A stretch of 23,772 bases of DNA from a candidate division WOR-3 bacterium. Lineage in GTDB: Bacteria; Hydrothermota; Hydrothermia; LBFQ01. Below the pieces are notes generated by a model. That model was not told the origin of the DNA and searched no databases. It was given only the letters and a program-made list of their open reading frames with translations. The stretch is taken from the NCBI GenBank assembly GCA_027050205.1, contig JALUCS010000129.1, forward strand, positions 1 to 23,772. The letters run 5' to 3'. This document shows positions 17,590 to 23,772 of this stretch, in pieces. The translations under genes and the position numbers were made by a program. How positions within the stretch are numbered: the first letter of the stretch is position 1; the number at the start of each line of letters is the position of its first letter.

Positions 17590-17997
17590 GTGATCTTCAG
17601 AACGGCTTCCGACGGGGAGACGGAGCTGCTCGGTGGGTACCTCTTCTGCAGGCTCGCCGGTAGGTACCGTACCTTCCTCCTTTACGGAGATATGGGGAGC
17701 GGTAAGACCACCTTCGTCAGGGGTTTCGTCCGGGCAGCGGGGTACGAGGGGGTCCGCAGCCCCACCTTTACTATGGTGACGGTCTATCCGACCCGCTACG
17801 GGCCTGTCCACCACGTGGATCTCTACCGCCTCCTCGGTGAGGAGGACTTCTATACCCTCGGCCTGTTGGACGTCTTAGGGAGGGATATAGTGGTCGTGGA
17901 GTGGGCGGAGAGGTTGCCTACGGACGTGGAGGGGGTGCGGGTGCGGTTCCGTACCTTGAGCGAGGAAGAGCGGGAGGTGGAGGTTAGCCTCCCTTAA
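17590..17997 (+). CDS. tsaE: tRNA threonylcarbamoyladenosine biosynthesis ATPase TsaE
   Basis: GDMGSGKTTF, SPTF, HVDLYRL, VEWAE. GTG 17590 (5 nt after TAGAAT) is preferred over ATG 17554. Confidence 0.93.
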   Translation: MIFRTASDGETELLGGYLFCRLAGRYRTFLLYGDMGSGKTTFVRGFVRAAGYEGVRSPTFTMVTVYPTRYGPVHHVDLYRLLGEEDFYTLGLLDVLGRDIVVVEWAERLPTDVEGVRVRFRTLSEEEREVEVSLP

Positions 17998-18008
17998 AAT
18001 ATGTTCCT

Positions 18009-18737
18009 ATGCTTTACCTTTACCCAATCTTTCAGTTCGGCACGGTTTCGCTCACCCACTACAACCTATGGGTTGATACGGTGCGCAAGTCCGGATACAC
18101 CTTGAGCTACCAGAGGTCCGGCTTAGGGTTCGGCCTTGGCGTCGGTTTGAGGTTCTCCCTGTTTGAGGTGGGGGTGGAGCCGGGACTCCTCTACACCTCC
18201 TCGGCGAGTGGAGACTCCGAGCCTATAGCCGGTGCCGATACGTACTACTACCGTAGGCACACCCTTACGAACTTCATCTTCGCCGTACCCGTCGGGATAT
18301 CCTATCCCCTAACGGAGTCCTTCCGCTTCTACGGTGGGGCGAAGTTCCTCCTCGGCTTCTCTAACCTCTCCGTCTACGATTCCCTCCACGTTACCGTCCT
18401 AAACCTCCACAGTTGGTCAGCTCAAGACGCCTCTATGTCCTCCTCCTCGGCCGGGATGGGGGTCTACGTCGGCGGGGACTTCGCCGTCTCCGATGCTCTT
18501 ACCTTCTTCCTTAGGGCGGGGTACGAGGTCCTCTCCTTCTCCGGGTACAAAGGGGAGTACGTATCCCGAGACTCCAACGACAAGACCGACCGAGGCTCGG
18601 CTTACTGGGTCTTCAATCCCAAGGACAGATCCCTCTATGTAAAGGACGAGCCTCCCAAGAACGACGAGATCTACGCCAAGGAGGATCTGAACGGTTTCCG
18701 GATCTCCCTAGGGTTGAAGTTCTTCGTGGGGAGGTGA
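18009..18737 (+). CDS. Putative outer-membrane beta-barrel protein
   Basis: About 8 amphipathic Gly/aromatic strands (GFGLGVGLRF, FRFYGGAKF, GVYVGGDF, FFLRAGYE, GFRISLGLKFF). TAAAAT at 17995-18000 lies 8 nt upstream. Confidence 0.6.
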   Translation: MLYLYPIFQFGTVSLTHYNLWVDTVRKSGYTLSYQRSGLGFGLGVGLRFSLFEVGVEPGLLYTSSASGDSEPIAGADTYYYRRHTLTNFIFAVPVGISYPLTESFRFYGGAKFLLGFSNLSVYDSLHVTVLNLHSWSAQDASMSSSSAGMGVYVGGDFAVSDALTFFLRAGYEVLSFSGYKGEYVSRDSNDKTDRGSAYWVFNPKDRSLYVKDEPPKNDEIYAKEDLNGFRISLGLKFFVGR

Positions 18738-18744
18738 TGAGGGG

Positions 18745-20001
18745 ATGAAGGTTCTGGTAGTGGGGAAAGGGGGCAGGGAGAGTGCCATAGTCTGGAAACT
18801 CGCCCAATCAAAGGTCGGGTTTGAGATATACACCGCCCCCGGAAACCCCTTTACCGCTCGCTACGGTCGGAACGTCCCAATAAGCGAGAGGGACGTAGCC
18901 GGCCTAATAAACTTCGCCTTGGACGAGGGTATAGACCTGATCTTCCCCGGTGGGGAGACGGCCATAGCCTTGGGGATAGCGGACGAGGGGGAGAGGAGGG
19001 GGATAGCCGTCCTGGCACCTAAGAGGGACGCCGCCCGTCTGGAGGCCAGTAAGATCTGGGCGAAGAGTTTCGCCAAGAGGTACAGGGTGCCGACGGCTGA
19101 CTTTGAGGTCTTCACGGAGGAGGAGTTTGAGGATGCGGTGGAGTACGTAAAGGGGCAGAGGTTTCCAATAGTCATAAAGGCTGACGGCCTCGCCGGGGGT
19201 AAGGGGGTGGTCATAGCCCGGAGCGTAGGGGAAGCCATAAACACCTTAGACCAGTTCATCAACAGGGGGAAGTTCGGGGAGGCCTCCAAGAGGGTGGTGA
19301 TAGAGCGGTTCCTAAGGGGGGAGGAGGCCTCCGTCTTCGCCCTCGCCGATGGCAACCGCTGGAAGGTCTTCGCCTACGCCAGGGACTACAAGAGGCTCAA
19401 AGACGGGGACGACGGCCCCAACACCGGTGGGATGGGTTCCATATCCCCCGTGGTACTTGACGATGAGACCAAGGCCCTGATAGAGGAGAACGTGGTCAGG
19501 CGCACCTTTGAGGGTCTGCAACACGAGGGCCTGAAGTACAAGGGCTTCCTCTACTTCGGCCTGATGCTGACGGAGAACGGCCCCTTCGTCCTTGAGTACA
19601 ACGTCCGGTTGGGGGACCCTGAAACCCAGGCCATAATGCCCACCTTGGAGTACGATTTCGGCGAGTTGATCCTCTCCGCCGCCTTTGGAAACCTCAAGGA
19701 GGAACTCGTAGAGGAGCCTAAGAAGTTCTCCTGCTGTGTCGTAGCCGCCTCCAAGGGCTACCCGGAGAGGCCCATAACCGGATTCCCGATAGAGGGGATA
19801 GAGGAGGCCGAGAGGGTGGCGGATGCCGTCTTTTTGGCCGGCGTTAAGGAAGAGGACGGACGGCTCGTAACGGCGGGGGGGAGGGTTCTATCCGTCGTAG
19901 CCACGGGACCCACCCTTGAGGAGGCCAGAAGGAGGTCCTACGAGGCTATAGGAAAGATACACTTTGAGGGTATGCACTACCGGAGGGATATAGGGCTGTG
20001 A
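18745..20001 (+). CDS. purD: Phosphoribosylamine--glycine ligase
   Basis: G.GGRE, APGN, LEASK, KADGLAGGKGV, GPNTGGMG, EYNVRLGDPETQ, T.GGRVL, YRRDIG. Confidence 0.97.
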   Translation: MKVLVVGKGGRESAIVWKLAQSKVGFEIYTAPGNPFTARYGRNVPISERDVAGLINFALDEGIDLIFPGGETAIALGIADEGERRGIAVLAPKRDAARLEASKIWAKSFAKRYRVPTADFEVFTEEEFEDAVEYVKGQRFPIVIKADGLAGGKGVVIARSVGEAINTLDQFINRGKFGEASKRVVIERFLRGEEASVFALADGNRWKVFAYARDYKRLKDGDDGPNTGGMGSISPVVLDDETKALIEENVVRRTFEGLQHEGLKYKGFLYFGLMLTENGPFVLEYNVRLGDPETQAIMPTLEYDFGELILSAAFGNLKEELVEEPKKFSCCVVAASKGYPERPITGFPIEGIEEAERVADAVFLAGVKEEDGRLVTAGGRVLSVVATGPTLEEARRRSYEAIGKIHFEGMHYRRDIGL

Positions 20002-20390
20002 GGCTACGGGTGGCCGAGGTGTGCATCTACGGTAGGGACCTAAAACGGATGAGGGAGTTCTACTCCTCGCTGTTAAACACATCCCCTGTAGCCGAGGAGG
20101 AGGGGAGGCACGTCTTCTTCCGACTGGGGGACGTTATGCTCCTCATATTCAACCCGGACAAGACGAGGGAGAGCGAGGACGTACCTCCCCACGGCTGCTA
20201 CGGTCCCTCCCACGTAGCCTTCTACACCTCCGAGAGGGAGTACGGAGCCTGGAGGGAGAGGCTCAAGGAGATGGGAGTAGAGATAGAGATGGAAAGGACG
20301 TGGCCCTCCGGCGGTCGCTCCCTGTACTTCAGGGATCCGGAGGGAAATTCCGTGGAGATAACTACTCCCTCCACGTGGTCGGGGTTATAA
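19998..20390 (+). CDS. VOC/glyoxalase family protein
   Basis: E..IY..DL.....FY..LL, PPHG..G.SHVAF, GGRSLYFRDPEGNSVE; GTGA overlap with the purD stop. Confidence 0.88.
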   Translation: MRLRVAEVCIYGRDLKRMREFYSSLLNTSPVAEEEGRHVFFRLGDVMLLIFNPDKTRESEDVPPHGCYGPSHVAFYTSEREYGAWRERLKEMGVEIEMERTWPSGGRSLYFRDPEGNSVEITTPSTWSGL

Positions 20391-20409
20391 TAACCTTCCG
20401 GAGGTTCAG

Positions 20410-21618
20410 ATGCTTGATTTCATCGTAGTAGCCGTTTTTACTTTCGCCCTTCTCGTCTTCTTCTTCCTCTTTCCGGAGAAGAAAGAGGGCGGGAGGCTCT
20501 GGAGGGCCACCATCACACCTCTGGCCTCCATCATAGGGAGCGGGTACCTCGTCTCTGCCCCTCTCCTGTACTTCGTAATGGGCATCCACGCCATATTCGG
20601 CATGCTCGCCATAGTGATTCTGGCCTATCTTATAGGCGGAGCTATAAGGTACAACATCCTGCACGCCGAGCCGGTCATATACGGAAAGGAGAGGTCAAGG
20701 TTCGCCGTTATGTTGAGGGAGACGGAGAGTCTCTCAAACCTCGTCATATCTCTCGCCTATATGATATCAACCACCTTCTACCTCCGCCTCCTCTCGGCTT
20801 TCATCTTCTCCGGATTCTTCGGTAGGAATCCGACGTACGAGAATCTCCTGACTACGGTACTTTTAGCCTTTATAGGTATAGCCGGTTATTTAAAGGGTCT
20901 AAATTTTCTTGAATTTCTGGAAAAATACGCTGTAAGCCTCAAACTTTCCGTTATAACTGCCTTCTTAACTGGACTCTTCCTGTACGACCTCCACCACCTT
21001 AAGGTCGTAGGTGAGGCCAAACCCGTGGATTTTGAGGCCCTTCAGATTCTGGCCGGGATCCTCCTGATAGTGCAGGGGTTTGAGACCTCCAAGTACCTCG
21101 GCGAGGAGTACACGCCCCAGGAGAGGGTCAAGAGTATGAGGTTGGCCCAGCTGATTTCGGGGGGTATATACCTCGCCACCATCACTCTACTTACGCCCAT
21201 CCTCCATACCTTGAGCTTGAACAAGGTAGATGAGACGGCCATAATCGCCCTCGCCGCTACCGTCTCCGTAGCCCTCGGCTACCTTATGAAGCTGGGTCCC
21301 TTAATGAGTCAGTTCAGCGCCGCCGTCGCCGACACCATAGGCTCTGGCGGTCTGATAAGGGAGGAGACCCACGGCCGCATCTCCTCAAAGACGGGGTACC
21401 TCTTTACGGCTTTCGTCGGTATAGCCCTCGTCTGGAGTACGAACATCTTCCACATCATCACCTACGCCTCCAAGGCCTTCGCCCTTTACTACCTCCTCCA
21501 GACCCTCATAGCCCTATCCGTTGCCGTCAGGAAGGAGGAGAGGGGTAGGGCCGCCCTCTTTGTCCTCATACTGCTGGCCTTGGCCTTCGTGGTGATCTTC
21601 GGTAAGAGCGCCGAGTGA
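20410..21618 (+). CDS. Multi-pass membrane protein, APC-superfamily-like permease
   Basis: About 11-12 TM segments, ATITPLASIIGSG (TM1-like) and VQGFE (TM6-like). TATAAT at 20386-20391 and SD GGAGGT at 20400-20405. Confidence 0.7.
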   Translation: MLDFIVVAVFTFALLVFFFLFPEKKEGGRLWRATITPLASIIGSGYLVSAPLLYFVMGIHAIFGMLAIVILAYLIGGAIRYNILHAEPVIYGKERSRFAVMLRETESLSNLVISLAYMISTTFYLRLLSAFIFSGFFGRNPTYENLLTTVLLAFIGIAGYLKGLNFLEFLEKYAVSLKLSVITAFLTGLFLYDLHHLKVVGEAKPVDFEALQILAGILLIVQGFETSKYLGEEYTPQERVKSMRLAQLISGGIYLATITLLTPILHTLSLNKVDETAIIALAATVSVALGYLMKLGPLMSQFSAAVADTIGSGGLIREETHGRISSKTGYLFTAFVGIALVWSTNIFHIITYASKAFALYYLLQTLIALSVAVRKEERGRAALFVLILLALAFVVIFGKSAE

Positions 21619-21638
21619 TACGGGCTTAGAATCCCACG

Positions 21639-22277
21639 ATGGGCAAACCTAAGGCCGGTGTGGTGGTCTTTCCGGGTAGTAACTGCGACCGCGACACCCT
21701 CTGGGCGCTGGAGAAGGTGGGTTTTGAGGCCTCTTTTATCTGGCACAAAGAGACGGACCTAAGCCGTTATCAACTCGTGGTACTGCCCGGTGGCTTCTCC
21801 TATGGGGATTACCTTAGACCGGGTGCCCTCGCCGCTCACTCCCCCGTCGTTAAGGCCCTTAGGGAGTACAAAGGCTACGTCCTCGGTATATGCAACGGTT
21901 TTCAGGTCCTGACGGAGGCCCACCTGTTGCCGGGCGCCCTCACCCGGAACCTCTCCGGCCGTTTCATATGCGAGTGGCAGGAGTTGGAGGTGGTAGATAA
22001 CGATACCCCGTTTACCAACGCCTACGAGGAGGGGGAGGTTATCAGGATGCCCATAGCCCACTCCGACGGCCGGTTCATAAGCGGAGACCAGGCCTTCCGC
22101 CCCGTCTTTCGGTACCTCCGCAACCCCAACGGCTCGGAGAGGAACACGGCGGCCATAGTTTCCGAAGATGGCAGGATAATGGGGACGATGCCCCACCCGG
22201 AGAGGGCGAGCGATCCCCTCCTTGGGGGGACGGACGGCCTTAAGGTCTTCCTAAGCCTCTACAACGCCCTCAAATAG
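21639..22277 (+). CDS. purQ: Phosphoribosylformylglycinamidine synthase glutaminase subunit
   Basis: FPGSNCD, PGGFSYGDYLR, GICNGFQ, PIAH..G, NPNGS, MPHPER. TAGAAT at 21627-21632 lies 6 nt upstream. Confidence 0.97.
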   Translation: MGKPKAGVVVFPGSNCDRDTLWALEKVGFEASFIWHKETDLSRYQLVVLPGGFSYGDYLRPGALAAHSPVVKALREYKGYVLGICNGFQVLTEAHLLPGALTRNLSGRFICEWQELEVVDNDTPFTNAYEEGEVIRMPIAHSDGRFISGDQAFRPVFRYLRNPNGSERNTAAIVSEDGRIMGTMPHPERASDPLLGGTDGLKVFLSLYNALK

Positions 22278-23296
22278 ACCTCCCTTAGGACCTCAAGGGG
22301 GAAGGATAGGAGGGAGAGGAGAAAGAGGACCCTTTCCATTCTCCCCGGAGGTGTCGTCCCGTACTTCCCGGCCATAACCGACCAGAGGAGGGCCATGGAT
22401 AAAGAGGAGGCGAAGGCCCACCGGAAGTAGTCTATGCCGAAGAGGAACATAGCGAGGGGTAGGAGGGGGGATAGTTTGAGTAGGGACGGCCCCCTCAAGG
22501 TCCTGTAGAAGAGGAGGAAGTGGAGGGCTACGAGGGAAATTGAGAGGCCCACACCCAACAGGAAGGCCCTCAAAAGTGGGGGGGAGGAGAGAAACTGACC
22601 GTAGAAGTGAAGGGCGTTCCGGAGGGGGGAGGAGGCCAAGGGGAGGAGGGGGTCGGTGGTTGTGATGCCGTTCCCGGAGAGGATACGGGCGTAGAGGCTA
22701 AAATCCGCCGGTCCGAGTGTCCCAACTTTGGATACGGAGATGGCGACGAGGACCCCGACCGCAGCGTTTGCTATGGCCAAAGCCTTTCTGCCCTTGATGA
22801 GGTGATAGGTTAGAAGGGTGGGCAGGGCGAGGAGGACGTAGCCCTCGTGAATGAGGATGGCGACTGCGGTCAAAAGTGGGGAGATGCCGGCGGAGAACAG
22901 GGATAGGAGCAGGATAAGGTAAAGGTATATGTCCGTACGTCCGACGTCGTCCCCTACGTGCAGGACGGTGGCCGGGGAGAGGAGGAAGAGGAGTAGGAGG
23001 TACCTCAAGAGAGGGTTCCCCTTGCCCTCCCTGCGAACGAAAAGGTGGAAGAGGACGATGAAAATCTCAAAGGCGACGGTGTAGGTTATGAGGATCACGG
23101 TACGGTCGGGATGGATACCGAGGAGGTGGAAGAGGGTTCCAATTAGGCCCCGCCGTACGAACCCGTTACGGTAGGAGAGTAGGTAAGGCACCCTTACCCA
23201 ATCGCCAACGATAGGTTCCCCCCCCATCCAGTCCAGAAGGATAGACAGGCCGTAAATGAGATTGGCGAAGAGGAGGTACCCCAAGAGGCCGTACAA
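22259..23296 (-). CDS. Hypothetical polytopic membrane protein (possibly GT-C-like)
   Basis: About 9-10 TM segments with polar motifs SY..GFVRRGL.G, GRTD, IHE and GIDYFRW. The TTG start is 6 nt after TAGAAT (23303-23308, minus). Confidence 0.6.
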   Translation of the reverse strand: MYGLLGYLLFANLIYGLSILLDWMGGEPIVGDWVRVPYLLSYRNGFVRRGLIGTLFHLLGIHPDRTVILITYTVAFEIFIVLFHLFVRREGKGNPLLRYLLLLFLLSPATVLHVGDDVGRTDIYLYLILLLSLFSAGISPLLTAVAILIHEGYVLLALPTLLTYHLIKGRKALAIANAAVGVLVAISVSKVGTLGPADFSLYARILSGNGITTTDPLLPLASSPLRNALHFYGQFLSSPPLLRAFLLGVGLSISLVALHFLLFYRTLRGPSLLKLSPLLPLAMFLFGIDYFRWAFASSLSMALLWSVMAGKYGTTPPGRMERVLFLLSLLSFPLEVLREVYLRAL

Positions 23297-23305
23297 GGGG
23301 GGATT

Positions 23306-23770
23306 CTAAGTCAGGAGGTCTGATAGCCTAACCTTAGCTCCCTCCCATATTTCAATCTCGTCCTTCCAGTCAAGCACCTCCCACCTCTTCGGATCCTCTG
23401 CTATCACCACTACCTTCCCCTTCGTCAATATCCATATCACCCTCTTAACCCCAAACCCCAACAGGTCCTCTATCTTTCGCTTCATATACTCCATAAAACC
23501 CTCCCCCTCCAAATCTGCCTTCGTATCTACCTCTATCGCCACAACAGGGGGGATGTGCGCATACTCGTCCTTTATCTCCAACTCATCCGCTCTGAATATT
23601 CCTATGTCCAAAGCTCTCCTGCTTCTGCCTATCTTTAGCCCATGCTCGTTGGTAGTCAGTACGTATCCCCTCTCCTCTAAGGAACTTATAGCCATAAGCA
23701 GCTTGAACACGAGTCTTGCCTGCAGCGTACTGCTTCCCATAACCTCCTCCGGATGTTTTTTGCCTTCAAG
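23306..23770 (-). CDS. Uma2-family (PD-(D/E)XK-like) endonuclease-fold protein, 5' truncated by window edge
   Basis: LDIGIF....P.VAIEVD, K...LL.FGVKRVIWI. The frame stays open upstream of ATG 23740 to the edge (LEGKKHPEEVMGSS). Confidence 0.75.
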   Translation of the reverse strand, partial: LEGKKHPEEVMGSSTLQARLVFKLLMAISSLEERGYVLTTNEHGLKIGRSRRALDIGIFRADELEIKDEYAHIPPVVAIEVDTKADLEGEGFMEYMKRKIEDLLGFGVKRVIWILTKGKVVVIAEDPKRWEVLDWKDEIEIWEGAKVRLSDLLT

Positions 23771-23772
23771 GA

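Noticed and set aside
23738..23750. ATG 23740 with GGAGG upstream as the Uma2 start
   Set aside because: The frame is open to the window edge and GGAGG is explained by Pro-Glu-Glu codons, so the gene probably starts outside the window.

Overview
A gene-dense, GC-rich window from a (hyper)thermophilic diderm bacterium: it encodes a reverse gyrase, a TonB-dependent receptor and a probable beta-barrel protein. Most genes are housekeeping and out of their usual operons: thrS, rgy, a FabL-type enoyl-ACP reductase, aspS, an EamA transporter, a CinA/PncC domain, DUF1858, a peroxiredoxin, a thioesterase, a TlpA-like lipoprotein, secDF, tsaE, purD, a VOC protein, purQ, several membrane proteins and a partial Uma2 nuclease. 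I found no CRISPR array, tRNA/rRNA, transposase or recognisable defence system. Two signals stand out. (1) About 12 genes have a TA(A/G/T)AAT -10 box 5-9 nt before the start codon and no Shine-Dalgarno, which suggests pervasive leaderless expression. In five places the upstream stop codon is part of a -10 box. (2) The only large non-coding stretch (10710-11175, about 50% GC) contains a colinear, degenerate tandem duplication with a period of about 158 bp and several hairpins, of unknown function. All calls rest on motifs read by eye; no searches were run.
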